Shown here piece by piece: positions 38,556 through 48,377 of a stretch of 64,000 bases of DNA. The stretch lies in contig CAZURV010000009.1 in the NCBI GenBank assembly GCA_964623515.1, forward strand, positions 909 through 64,908, in the 5' to 3' direction. The notes below the pieces were generated by a model, which was given only the letters and a program-made list of their open reading frames with translations, was not told the DNA's origin and ran no database searches. The DNA comes from an uncultured Eubacteriales bacterium (GTDB taxonomy: Bacteria > Bacillota > Clostridia > Oscillospirales > Acutalibacteraceae). Position 1 is the first letter of the stretch, and every line of letters begins with the position of its first letter. A program made the translations under genes and the position numbers.

Positions 38556-40742
38556 ATGAAAATTATAAAAAGGAACGGTGCGGAAGAAGTTTTTGACAGA
38601 CAGAAAATTGTAGATGCCATTAATCGCGCCAATGATGAAACGCAGGGAAGTAAAGAACTTTCTAAAAGGCAGATAGATTATATTTCGCTTGTAATTGAAG
38701 ATTACTGCAAGGAAGTTGGCAGGGCACTTTCGGTTGAAGAAATTCAGGAGCTTGTTGAAACGCATATTATTGAGCAAGGCGCTTCCGAAACCGCAAAAAG
38801 ATATATCCGCTATCGTTTTACACGTAATCTTGCCCGTGTTGCAAACACAACGGATAACCAAATTCTCAGCCTTATTGAATGCAATAATGAGGAAGTAAAA
38901 CAGGAAAATTCAAATAAGAATCCGACTGTTAACAGTGTGCAACGGGACTATATGGCAGGTGAGGTTTCAAAGGACATAACCAAACGCCTTTTGCTTCCGA
39001 AAGACATTGTAGACGCACACGAAGCAGGCATTATCCATTTTCATGACGCAGATTATTTTGCACAGCATATGCATAACTGTGATCTTGTTAATCTTGAGGA
39101 TATGCTTCAGAACGGCACGGTCATCAGCGGAACAATGATTGAAAAGCCGCACAGTTTTTCCACTGCCTGCAATATTTCAACGCAGATTATCGCACAGGTT
39201 GCTTCAAGTCAGTACGGTGGGCAGAGCATAAGCCTTACGCATCTTGCGCCGTTTGTTCAGGTTTCACGCCGTAAAATCAGAAGCGCGGTTGAAGCTGAAA
39301 TGAAGGATCTCGGAATTAATCCGGGTGAAGAAAAAATACATGAAATTGTAGAAAATCGCGTCAGGGAAGAAATAAGCCGCGGCGTGCAGACGATTCAGTA
39401 TCAGGTTGTAACATTGCTTACTACAAACGGGCAGGCTCCATTCGTTACGATTTTTATGTATCTGAACGAGGCAGAAGATCCGCAACTTAAAAAGGATTTA
39501 GCTTTGATTATTGAAGAAGTTCTCAAGCAGAGAATACAAGGCGTTAAAAATGAAAAGGGCGTTTATGTAACCCCCGCGTTCCCAAAACTGATTTATGTGC
39601 TTGAGGAGGATAATATTTCAGAAGATTCTCCATATTGGTATCTTACTGAGCTTGCGGCAAAATGTACGGCAAAGCGTATGGTTCCGGATTATATTTCCGA
39701 AAAAATAATGCTTGAACTGAAAGTTGACAAAAACGGCAACGGACACTGCTATACCTGTATGGGGTGCCGAAGCTTTCTGACTCCATATGTTGATGAAAAC
39801 GGAAAACCTAAGTATTACGGACGTTTCAATCAGGGTGTCGTTACAATCAACCTGGTTGACGTGGCATGTTCCGCTTGTGCGGACGGCAGTAAGGATTTGA
39901 CAAAATTCTGGAATATTCTTGATGAACGCCTGGAGCTTTGTCACAGGGCGCTTCAGTGCCGTCATGAGAGGCTGGAGGGCACGCTTTCCGATGCCGCCCC
40001 CATCCTTTGGCAGTACGGTGCGCTTGCGAGACTCGGCAAAGGAGAACCCATCACCAAGCTACTCCATGGAGGTTATTCAACCATATCTCTCGGATACGCG
40101 GGTCTTTGGGAATGCGTATATGAACTTATCGGCAAAAAGCTCACCGAAGAGGAAGGCGAAAAGCTCGGTCTTGAAATTATGCAGAAGCTGAACGACGCAT
40201 GTGCAAAATGGAAAGCGGCGGAGAATATTGATTATTCCATTTACGGCACTCCTCTTGAATCCACAACCTATAAATTTGCCAAATGTCTTCAGCAGAGATT
40301 CGGAAAAATCAAGGGCGTTACCGATAAAAACTATATCACCAACTCTTATCATATCCACGTAACCGAAAATATCGATGCTTTTGAAAAACTTGCTCTGGAA
40401 GCTAAATTTCAGAAACTTTCTCCGGGCGGGGCTATCAGCTATATTGAGGTTCCGAATATGCAGGATAATATTGATGCCGTGCTTCAGGTTATGAAGTTTA
40501 TTTATAATAATATTATGTATGCTGAATTGAATACGAAGAGCGATTACTGCCAGGTTTGCGGATATGACGGTGAAATTCAGATTGTTGAGGAAGACGGAAA
40601 GCTTGTTTGGGAATGCCCGAACTGCGGAAACAGAGATCAGAACCAGCTTAATGTTGCCCGTCGTACCTGCGGATATATCGGTTCGCAATTCTGGAATCAG
40701 GGACGTACCCAGGAAATCAAGGAAAGAGTACTGCATTTATAA
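38556..40742 (+). CDS. nrdD: Anaerobic ribonucleoside-triphosphate reductase (class III)
   Basis: 728 aa with an N-terminal ATP-cone, a C-terminal Zn site CQVCGY..CPNCG and the glycyl radical motif RTCGYIG. Confidence 0.96.
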   Translation: MKIIKRNGAEEVFDRQKIVDAINRANDETQGSKELSKRQIDYISLVIEDYCKEVGRALSVEEIQELVETHIIEQGASETAKRYIRYRFTRNLARVANTTDNQILSLIECNNEEVKQENSNKNPTVNSVQRDYMAGEVSKDITKRLLLPKDIVDAHEAGIIHFHDADYFAQHMHNCDLVNLEDMLQNGTVISGTMIEKPHSFSTACNISTQIIAQVASSQYGGQSISLTHLAPFVQVSRRKIRSAVEAEMKDLGINPGEEKIHEIVENRVREEISRGVQTIQYQVVTLLTTNGQAPFVTIFMYLNEAEDPQLKKDLALIIEEVLKQRIQGVKNEKGVYVTPAFPKLIYVLEEDNISEDSPYWYLTELAAKCTAKRMVPDYISEKIMLELKVDKNGNGHCYTCMGCRSFLTPYVDENGKPKYYGRFNQGVVTINLVDVACSACADGSKDLTKFWNILDERLELCHRALQCRHERLEGTLSDAAPILWQYGALARLGKGEPITKLLHGGYSTISLGYAGLWECVYELIGKKLTEEEGEKLGLEIMQKLNDACAKWKAAENIDYSIYGTPLESTTYKFAKCLQQRFGKIKGVTDKNYITNSYHIHVTENIDAFEKLALEAKFQKLSPGGAISYIEVPNMQDNIDAVLQVMKFIYNNIMYAELNTKSDYCQVCGYDGEIQIVEEDGKLVWECPNCGNRDQNQLNVARRTCGYIGSQFWNQGRTQEIKERVLHL

Positions 40743-40745
40743 AAA

Positions 40746-41279
40746 ATGAATTACGGTGAAATAAAGAAGCGGGATATTGCCAACGGTGTAGGCGTAAGAG
40801 TATCTCTGTTTGTTTCCGGATGTACGCATCACTGCAAAAACTGTTTTAATGAGGCGACATGGGATTTCGGATATGGCAAAGCGTTTACCGAGGAAACCGC
40901 CGATGAGATTATAGCCGCTTTAGACTCAGATTATGTAAACGGCTTTTCACTGCTCGGCGGAGAGCCGTTTGAACCGCAGAATCAGCGCGTTCTTGTGCAT
41001 TTGCTCAAAAGGATTAAAAAAACTTATCCCGATAAAGATATATGGTGCTATTCCGGCTATATATTTGATAAAGATTTGCGCGGCGAAAGTAGAGCGCGGT
41101 GTGAAGTTACCGATGAAATGCTTTCCTATATTGACGTTTTGGTTGATGGAAAGTTTGTGGAAAAGCTAAAAAATATTCGCTTGAAATTCCGCGGAAGCGA
41201 GAATCAGCGGATAATAGATGTGCAGAAGTCGCTCAAAACAGGGAAGACGGAGCTTATGCCGATTTATGACCGGCTGTAA
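40746..41279 (+). CDS. nrdG: Anaerobic ribonucleotide reductase activating protein (radical SAM)
   Basis: Cluster motif GCTHHCKNCFN; 177 aa; directly follows nrdD. Confidence 0.93.
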   Translation: MNYGEIKKRDIANGVGVRVSLFVSGCTHHCKNCFNEATWDFGYGKAFTEETADEIIAALDSDYVNGFSLLGGEPFEPQNQRVLVHLLKRIKKTYPDKDIWCYSGYIFDKDLRGESRARCEVTDEMLSYIDVLVDGKFVEKLKNIRLKFRGSENQRIIDVQKSLKTGKTELMPIYDRL

Positions 41280-41320
41280 AAAATATGAGGAAAGTGCAAT
41301 GTTCCCGGAGGTATCGCTAA

Positions 41321-41758
41321 ATGAAAATAAATATAAAAAAGTTGAATGAAAAAGCGGTTGTTCCGTCATACGGTTCGGAATATGCGGCAGGCGCGGATTT
41401 ATATGCTCTGACGGATAACGATATCGTTGTTAAACCCGGGGAAACCGTATTGATACATACGGGAATCGCCGCAGAACTTCCTTTCGGATATGCGGGATTT
41501 ATCTATGCAAGAAGCGGTATGGCATCCAAAAAGGATCTTGCACCTGCAAATAAAGTCGGCGTTGTAGATTGTGATTACAGGGGTGAAATTATGGTTGCCC
41601 TTCATAATCACGGTACGTCCGTTCAAACGGTTGCAAGCGGCGAGAGAATTGCACAGATGGTTATAGCGCCGTATATAATCGGAGAATTTAATATTGTTGA
41701 TGAGCTGTCTCAAACCGTCCGCGGAAGCGGAGGGTTCGGCTCAACAGGTACAAAGTGA
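41321..41758 (+). CDS. dut: dUTP diphosphatase
   Basis: Motifs GSEYAAGADLYA, ARSGMASK, VVDCDYRGEI and RGSGGFGSTG. Confidence 0.95.
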   Translation: MKINIKKLNEKAVVPSYGSEYAAGADLYALTDNDIVVKPGETVLIHTGIAAELPFGYAGFIYARSGMASKKDLAPANKVGVVDCDYRGEIMVALHNHGTSVQTVASGERIAQMVIAPYIIGEFNIVDELSQTVRGSGGFGSTGTK

Positions 41759-41823
41759 AACACCAAATAACGATAGGGCTGATAGGGGATTCCCTTATCA
41801 GCCTGTTTTAAAGGAGAAGTATT

Positions 41824-42276
41824 ATGAATCGTTATGAAAAGGAAGCAATAGATAATTTTCTTGCAGGCTATAACTGTGCGCAGAGCGTATTGATGGCGTT
41901 TGCAGAAGACTGCGGAATGGAAAGAGATTATGCGGCGCGCTTAGCTTCCTCTATGGGAGGCGGATTCGGCGGACTGCGTGAAATGTGCGGTGCTGTAAGC
42001 GGTATGAGTATGGTGCTGGGAGTGTTGTACGGATACAATGAACCGAAAAATCCCACTGTGAAAAAGGCGCACTATCAGCGAGTGAATCGTTTGATTTCAA
42101 AGTTTAAAGAGATGAACGGTTCCTATCTCTGCGGTGATTTGCTCGGAATAAAAGGGTCAACGGATCCTCAGCCTGCGCCGAGAACAGAGGAATATTACAA
42201 ACATCGTCCGTGCGCTAAATTTTGCGGAGACTGCGCAAGATTGGTAAGCGAATATATGGAGGGAAATCCCATATGA
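41824..42276 (+). CDS. C_GCAxxG_C_C family (putative redox-active) protein
   Basis: GYNCAQSVLMAF and MCGAVSG motifs with conserved C-terminal cysteines. Confidence 0.8.
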   Translation: MNRYEKEAIDNFLAGYNCAQSVLMAFAEDCGMERDYAARLASSMGGGFGGLREMCGAVSGMSMVLGVLYGYNEPKNPTVKKAHYQRVNRLISKFKEMNGSYLCGDLLGIKGSTDPQPAPRTEEYYKHRPCAKFCGDCARLVSEYMEGNPI

Positions 42277-42653
42277 TTCCGCAGGTGCTCTTATTTAATA
42301 TAAAAGGTGAAAAATTAAAAAAAATAAAAATGCTGTCTGCTGTGCTGAAAATTAAAGCGGTGGAAATTTCTCCCGATGATTTTGCGCAGACATTAGGCGC
42401 GCTTTCAGGATTGGAGGAAAAAACAGGAATTCGGCAGGAAAGCGCTTTTAGCGAAGAAATGCTTGTTATGGTTCATTTTAGCCGCGCCCATATGAACGCT
42501 TTTCTCGGTGGATTTAAACGGAACAAGATTCCGACGATTGCGTTGAAAGCGATGCTTACGCCTACAAATACCGGTTGGAGTGCCAACAGGCTTTTTGAAG
42601 AAATTTCGGCAGAGCAAAAGGCGATGCAAAAAGGAGAAAAACTGCATAAATGA
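42273..42653 (+). CDS. DUF3783-like protein
   Basis: The ATG at 42273 overlaps the upstream stop (ATGA). 126 aa; the sequence IALKAMLTPTNTGWSANRLFEEI resembles DUF3783. Confidence 0.6.
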   Translation: MIPQVLLFNIKGEKLKKIKMLSAVLKIKAVEISPDDFAQTLGALSGLEEKTGIRQESAFSEEMLVMVHFSRAHMNAFLGGFKRNKIPTIALKAMLTPTNTGWSANRLFEEISAEQKAMQKGEKLHK

Positions 42654-44065
42654 TTTTGGATAAATACGAACCTCAGTCTGTTTTCAGATTTTTTGAAGAA
42701 GTATGTTCCATTCCGCACGGTTCGGGCAATACAAAGAAAATCAGCGATTATCTTTTTAATTTTGCATGTAAGCGCGGACTTGATGTTGCGCAGGATAAGT
42801 TGAACAATATCATAATCAGGAAGCCGGCTTCACCCGGCTACGAAACCAGACCATCTGTGATAATACAGGGACATATGGATATGGTCTGCGAAAAGGAAAA
42901 CGGCTACGAGATAGACTTTTTAAATGAAGGACTGCGTCTTTGTGGTGACGGCGAGTATATTTTTGCCGAGGGCACAACGCTCGGCGGGGACGACGGGATT
43001 GCCGTAGCTTATGCGCTTGCGTTACTGGAAACTGCTGAACCTATGCCGGCTCTTGAAGTGCTGATAACGGTTGATGAAGAGATAGGAATGCTCGGTGCGG
43101 CATATGTTGATATTTCATCTTTAAAGGGGAAGTATCTGCTTAATATAGACAGTGAAGATGAAGGTGTGCTTACCGTATCCTGTGCAGGAGGAACAACGGC
43201 TGTTCTGGAAATACCAATCAGCAAGGCGGACTTTCAAGGAACGATTTATACTATAACCGTAAGCGGCCTTTTAGGCGGTCATTCGGGAACGGAAATAAAC
43301 CAACCAAGGGCGAACGCCAACAAGATTATGGGAGAAATTTTAGCTTCCGTTAAAACACCGTTTGCCGTAAAAAGTCTTTCGGGAGGAAATAAAGACAATG
43401 CGATACCGCGTTCATGTACTGCGGTTATATGCAGTGTATGTGCAATTGAATTTTCAGATATTATAGACGAAATTGTAAAGATGTGGAAATACTGTGAAAA
43501 CGGCATTTCGATTACTGCGGAAGCAGTCAGCGGTGCGTGCATGGCAGTCGATTACGCGTCATCCGAAAAAATAACTGCGCTTTTGAATCAGCTTCCGAAC
43601 GGTGTGCAGAAAATGAGCAGGGATATAGAAAATCTTGTTCAAACCAGCCTAAATCTCGGCATCATGCATATAAAAAACGATAAATTTACTTTATCTTTTT
43701 CAGTCAGAAGCAGTGTTGATGACGAAAAAGAGGAGCTTTGTGCCGAACTGAAAGAAGCGGCGGTTCAATGCGGTGGTACTTACAGCGAAAGCGGTGCATA
43801 TCCTGCCTGGGAATATAAAAAAGACAGTCATTTAAGAGATGTTATGATTGATTCTTATGAAAAGCTATTCGGGGTTAAACCGAAAGTTGAAGCCATACAT
43901 GCAGGACTTGAGTGCGGTTTACTGGCATCAAAAAAAAGCGGACTTGACTGCGTGTCTTTCGGTCCGGATATTCTGAATATTCATACTGCCGAAGAAAAGC
44001 TTTCTATTGTATCGGTACAGCGTACATGGCGGTGGCTGAGAGATACAATAGAAAATCTTAAGTAA
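42650..44065 (+). CDS. pepD: Aminoacyl-histidine dipeptidase (PepD, M20C)
   Basis: Sequence VFRFFEEVCSIPHGSGN, IIQGHMDMVCEK, TTLGGDDGIAVA and DEEIGMLGA; 471 aa. Confidence 0.9.
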   Translation: MILDKYEPQSVFRFFEEVCSIPHGSGNTKKISDYLFNFACKRGLDVAQDKLNNIIIRKPASPGYETRPSVIIQGHMDMVCEKENGYEIDFLNEGLRLCGDGEYIFAEGTTLGGDDGIAVAYALALLETAEPMPALEVLITVDEEIGMLGAAYVDISSLKGKYLLNIDSEDEGVLTVSCAGGTTAVLEIPISKADFQGTIYTITVSGLLGGHSGTEINQPRANANKIMGEILASVKTPFAVKSLSGGNKDNAIPRSCTAVICSVCAIEFSDIIDEIVKMWKYCENGISITAEAVSGACMAVDYASSEKITALLNQLPNGVQKMSRDIENLVQTSLNLGIMHIKNDKFTLSFSVRSSVDDEKEELCAELKEAAVQCGGTYSESGAYPAWEYKKDSHLRDVMIDSYEKLFGVKPKVEAIHAGLECGLLASKKSGLDCVSFGPDILNIHTAEEKLSIVSVQRTWRWLRDTIENLK

Positions 44066-44071
44066 TAAAAT

Positions 44072-44115
44072 AACAGGGAGATTCTTCATAAGGAAGAATC
44101 TCCCTGTTATTTTTT
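44072..44115. terminator. Bidirectional terminator
   Basis: Perfect 16-bp inverted repeat AACAGGGAGATTCTTC/GAAGAATCTCCCTGTT followed by ATTTTTTAT. Confidence 0.8.
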
Positions 44116-44134
44116 ATGTTTTAACAATCTGAAA

Positions 44135-44563
44135 TTAAAGATTTTCTATATCTTCCTGCGTAACAAGTTCAATTCCGTTGTCTGTTAGCAGTTTTTCCGC
44201 GCCTGCCGTATCGTTAACACGCATAACAACATATGCAAATTCATTTGAAACCGTGATAAACGCATACATATATTCAATGTTTATGCTGTTTTCTGCAAGT
44301 AGTTTCAGTGCGTTGGCAAGAGCGCCGGGTTTGTCGGGAATTTTAATTCCGGCAACTTCCGTTATGGAAACAACGCAGTTCTTGCTTGCTAAAGCCGCCT
44401 TACCCGTTTCCGCGTTGCTTACAATCAGGCGGAGTATACCGAAATCCTGTGTATCTGCAATACTCATGGCGCGAATATCCACATTCTGATCGGAAAGCGC
44501 ATTTGTGATTTTTACGATTTGACCGGGTTCATTAGATGCAAAAATTGATAATTGTTTAATCAT
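44135..44563 (-). CDS. Tandem ACT domain protein
   Basis: 142 aa with two ACT-like beta-alpha-beta-beta-alpha-beta halves. It is the last gene of the paaK/ior cluster. Confidence 0.8.
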   Translation of the reverse strand: MIKQLSIFASNEPGQIVKITNALSDQNVDIRAMSIADTQDFGILRLIVSNAETGKAALASKNCVVSITEVAGIKIPDKPGALANALKLLAENSINIEYMYAFITVSNEFAYVVMRVNDTAGAEKLLTDNGIELVTQEDIENL

Positions 44564-44574
44564 AATAGTCCTCC

Positions 44575-45885
44575 TTATTTCGTGTAAACATGGCGTTTGT
44601 CAATAACGCGAACTGCTTTGCCCTCTGATCTTGGTATCGAATCCGGAGAAACAAGCTTAACTTTCGGTTTGATTCCGAGAGCAGATTTAAATTCATCCTG
44701 AAGCTCTTTTTCCATTTTTACGATTTCGCTGGTTGTATCTGCAAAATGCTCTTCGTTCATTTCAATATGTACTTCAATAACATCAAGACTGCTCTGCCTG
44801 TCGACAATAATCTGATAGTTTGGAGAATGATGCATTCTCAAAAGCACCGCCTCAATCTGGCTCGGGAAGAGATTAACGCCTCTTACGATGAGCATATCGT
44901 CAACTCTGCCTAAAGGCTTGCTCATTCTGACAAACGTTCTGCCGCATTTGCATGGCTCGTGCGTGATGATGCCGATATCTTTTGTTCTGAATCTTAAAAG
45001 CGGAAAAGCCTGTTTTGTCAGGCAGGAGAAAACGATTTCTCCTTTTTCGCCGTCCGGAAGCTGCTCGCCGGTTTCCGGATCGATGATTTCTATCAAAAAG
45101 TGATCTTCATTTACGTGCATTCCTTTTTGTTCGGCACATTCGTACGCAACGCCCGGTCCGCAGATTTCAGTAAGTCCGTAAATATCATAAGCTTTGATAT
45201 TCAGGCTTTTTTCAATATTTCTTCTCATTTCTTCTGTCCATGGTTCGGCGCCGAATATTCCGATGCGAAGTGGTATTTTGCTTGTGTCTATACCCGCTTT
45301 TGCAGCGCTTTCGCCGAGATACATTGCATAGGACGGCGTGCATCCGAGAACCGTTGAACCGAAATCGGTCATAATGGTAAGCTGACGCGCCGTGTTGCCG
45401 GAGGAAACGGGAATCGTGGTGCATCCGAGCTTTTGAGAGCCTCCGTGCAGACCAAGACCGCCCGTGAACAGACCGTAACCGTAAGAAACGTGAACTTTAT
45501 CTTCTTTTGTTGCCCCGGCGGCAACGAGTTGACGGGCGCAAATCGTGTCCCAGATATCAAGATCATAATCAGTGTAGCCAACAACAATTTGTTTTCCTGT
45601 TGTACCGCTTGAAGCTTGTATTCTTGTTACTTCGCTCATTGGCACTGCAAACATCCCGTAAGGATATGTATCTCTCAAATCCTGTTTGCTTGTAAAGGGT
45701 AGTTTTTTTAGATCATGAAGGCTTTTGATGTCTTCCGGCTTAACCCCCGCTTTATCCATCCTTTCACGGTACAGCGGAACATGATTATAAACATGCTTAA
45801 CTTGTTTAATGAGTCTGTGCGTTTGCAAACGATCAAGTTCTTCTCTCGAAGCCGTTTCAATTTCCGGGTTGAAATATCTGCCCAT
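44575..45885 (-). CDS. Phenylacetate--CoA ligase family protein (PaaK-like), copy 1
   Basis: 436 aa with the AMP-binding motif SSGTTGK and the PaaK-type architecture. Confidence 0.88.
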   Translation of the reverse strand: MGRYFNPEIETASREELDRLQTHRLIKQVKHVYNHVPLYRERMDKAGVKPEDIKSLHDLKKLPFTSKQDLRDTYPYGMFAVPMSEVTRIQASSGTTGKQIVVGYTDYDLDIWDTICARQLVAAGATKEDKVHVSYGYGLFTGGLGLHGGSQKLGCTTIPVSSGNTARQLTIMTDFGSTVLGCTPSYAMYLGESAAKAGIDTSKIPLRIGIFGAEPWTEEMRRNIEKSLNIKAYDIYGLTEICGPGVAYECAEQKGMHVNEDHFLIEIIDPETGEQLPDGEKGEIVFSCLTKQAFPLLRFRTKDIGIITHEPCKCGRTFVRMSKPLGRVDDMLIVRGVNLFPSQIEAVLLRMHHSPNYQIIVDRQSSLDVIEVHIEMNEEHFADTTSEIVKMEKELQDEFKSALGIKPKVKLVSPDSIPRSEGKAVRVIDKRHVYTK

Positions 45886-45977
45886 AAAATAAACCTCCGT
45901 TTTAATGGTTTAAACCAAGTTATATACCGGGATATTGTTGCGTCATATAAATCTTGATTCGATTGTTTTTTGAAAAT

Positions 45978-46571
45978 TCAGCGTTGAATGGAGCTCCTGT
46001 CCGCGTTATATCCGAGCGCAAATGCTTGTTTATTCAGTTCCGTGAATTTAGGTTTCACGGTTTTTTCTATTGCCGAGATCCATTTATCGTAAGCTATATT
46101 GAAATTCCGCGCCAAACGTCCCATAAGCACGATATTTACGGCTTTTGGAGTTCCCGCTTGTTTGGCAAGCGAAAGTGCGTCAAGATCATCCACGTATACA
46201 CCCTTTGCTTTTAACTCGTCAAGCACATGTTCCGGATACTTTGCAGAGCCGATGATAACGGGCATAGGATCCATCTGCTGTGTGTTTACGATGATTTTGC
46301 CGCCTTTTTTCAAATAAGAAGCATACCTTGCGGCTTCAAGTTTTTCAAATGATATAATATAATCGGCTTCGCCCGCGGAAATAATGGGCGAGTAAACTTT
46401 ATTTTTATCAAATTTAACATAGGTTACAACGCTTCCTCCGCGCTGGCTCATTCCGTGAACCTCGGACACCTTAACATCATAACCTTCTTCGGTAAAAAGA
46501 TGGCCGAGCAGATTGCTTGCAAGCAGGCTTCCCTGACCTCCTACACCGACTATCATAATGCTTTTGGCCAT
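45978..46571 (-). CDS. iorB: Indolepyruvate ferredoxin oxidoreductase subunit beta
   Basis: The ATG at 46571 gives MAKSIMIVGVGGQGSLLASN... It overlaps the iorA stop by 1 nt (TAATG). Confidence 0.88.
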   Translation of the reverse strand: MAKSIMIVGVGGQGSLLASNLLGHLFTEEGYDVKVSEVHGMSQRGGSVVTYVKFDKNKVYSPIISAGEADYIISFEKLEAARYASYLKKGGKIIVNTQQMDPMPVIIGSAKYPEHVLDELKAKGVYVDDLDALSLAKQAGTPKAVNIVLMGRLARNFNIAYDKWISAIEKTVKPKFTELNKQAFALGYNADRSSIQR

Positions 46572-48304
46572 TATTTCTGCACCTCGCTTTCTATAGCGCC
46601 GAATGAGCAGAGCTGAGCGCATACTTTGCAGCCTGTACACTGCGTTGCGTCTATAACGGCTTTCCCATCTTTAAAGCTGAGTGCGGGACAACCGAGCCCC
46701 ATACAGCGTTTGCAGCCTCTGCATTTTTCCTTGTCGATTCTTAACGGGTTTCCTTTTTTTACATATTTGAGTAACATACACGGACGTCTGGAAATGATAA
46801 CAGACGGTTCCTTCGCGGCAAGCTCTTCTTTTAATATTTTATCGCATTCGCTGAGGTTGTAGGGATCTGCAATCCTTACTCTTTTTATGCCGACGGAACG
46901 GCAGAGCGCTTCCAAATTTATTTTGCCTGCGGGATCGCCTTTTATATTGTAGCCTGTGGTTGGATTTTGCTGATGCCCCGTCATACCCGTTATGGAATTA
47001 TCCAAGATAATAACTGTTGAAGCGGACATATTGTAAGCAATGTTGATCAGACCTGTAACCCCGCTGTGCATAAACGTTGAATCACCGATGACGCAAACCG
47101 ATTGATTCTCTTTGTGCGCGGCTTTGTTAAATCCGTGCAGACCGCTTACAGATGCACCCATGCAGAGCGTTGAATCCAGTGCACACAGGGGAGGCGTAGC
47201 CCCGAGTGTGTAACATCCTATATCTCCAAGTACGGTTACTTTATTTTTTGCGAGCGTATAATACATACCTCTGTGCGGACATCCGGCGCACATAACGGGA
47301 GGTCTGACCGGTATCTCGCTGTCCGCACATACGGTTTCGGGTTTTTCACCGAGAAGAACTTCGCGGATGGTCTGCTGGCTAAATTCTCCGAGCTTTGAAA
47401 AAATATTTTTCCCCTCTACATCAATTCCGATGCTTTTACAGTAATCTTCAATAATCGGGTCAAGTTCTTCAACAATAACAACGCGTTTGACTCCGGCAGC
47501 AAAATCCTGAATCAGTTTTTCAGGCATCGGATTTATCATTCCGAGTTTTAAAACACTTGCGCTGTCGCCGAGCGCTTCCTTAACATATTGATAGCAGGTG
47601 CCCGATGTGATGATTCCGAGTTCCGTTCCACCGTTTTCCACGCGGTTATAGGCGCAGGTTTCGGCATATTGCGCTAGCTTTTCCATTCTCGCTTCCACAA
47701 TCGGGTGGCGTTTGATTGCATTGCCGGGCATCATAATGTATTTAGCCGGATTTTTTTTATATTCATATCCGTCAAATTTTACATGTTCGCCGAGTTCAAC
47801 AATGCTTTGCGAGTGCGCCATTCTTGTGCACATCCTGAATAAAACAGGTGTGTCAAATTTTTCAGATAATTCGAATGCGCTCTTTGCAAACTGATAGGCT
47901 TCGTTTGAGTCCGCAGGCTCAAGCATGGGAACTTTGGAAGCAATGGCGTAATGGCGCGAATCCTGCTCATTCTGGCTGGAATGCATGGCAGGATCGTCTG
48001 CAACGCAGATAACCATACCGCCGGTAACTCCGGTGTATGAAAGCGTAAACAGAGGGTCTGCCGCCACATTTAAACCTACATGCTTCATACAGCAACAACT
48101 TCTTTTTCCTGCCAATGAAGCGCCGAAAGCAACTTCCGCAGCAACTTTTTCATTTGGGGCCCATTCGCTGTAAACATCATCGTATTTTGATATAAATTCT
48201 GTTATTTCGGTTGACGGCGTTCCGGGATAGCTTGAAACAAGATTCAGTCCTCCGTCATATAGACCGCGCGCAACCGCTTCATTTCCAATCATAAGTTTTT
48301 TCAT
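46571..48304 (-). CDS. iorA: Indolepyruvate ferredoxin oxidoreductase subunit alpha
   Basis: 577 aa with a TPP-binding domain and C-terminal 2x[4Fe-4S] motifs CRGCKRCMGLGCP and CTGCKVCAQLC. Confidence 0.9.
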   Translation of the reverse strand: MKKLMIGNEAVARGLYDGGLNLVSSYPGTPSTEITEFISKYDDVYSEWAPNEKVAAEVAFGASLAGKRSCCCMKHVGLNVAADPLFTLSYTGVTGGMVICVADDPAMHSSQNEQDSRHYAIASKVPMLEPADSNEAYQFAKSAFELSEKFDTPVLFRMCTRMAHSQSIVELGEHVKFDGYEYKKNPAKYIMMPGNAIKRHPIVEARMEKLAQYAETCAYNRVENGGTELGIITSGTCYQYVKEALGDSASVLKLGMINPMPEKLIQDFAAGVKRVVIVEELDPIIEDYCKSIGIDVEGKNIFSKLGEFSQQTIREVLLGEKPETVCADSEIPVRPPVMCAGCPHRGMYYTLAKNKVTVLGDIGCYTLGATPPLCALDSTLCMGASVSGLHGFNKAAHKENQSVCVIGDSTFMHSGVTGLINIAYNMSASTVIILDNSITGMTGHQQNPTTGYNIKGDPAGKINLEALCRSVGIKRVRIADPYNLSECDKILKEELAAKEPSVIISRRPCMLLKYVKKGNPLRIDKEKCRGCKRCMGLGCPALSFKDGKAVIDATQCTGCKVCAQLCSFGAIESEVQK

Positions 48305-48377
48305 AATAAGCGTAATACGATACAGTATGTTTCAAAAAAATAAGCATTACGTTTTGAAGCGTATCGTTTCCTTTCTG

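Noticed and set aside
45886-45977. A possible internal promoter or terminator in the 92-nt gap between iorB and paaK copy 1, and in the 73-nt gap at 48305-48377.
   Set aside because: I found no convincing hairpin-plus-T-run or -35/-10 pair. I treat the five genes as one transcription unit pending data.
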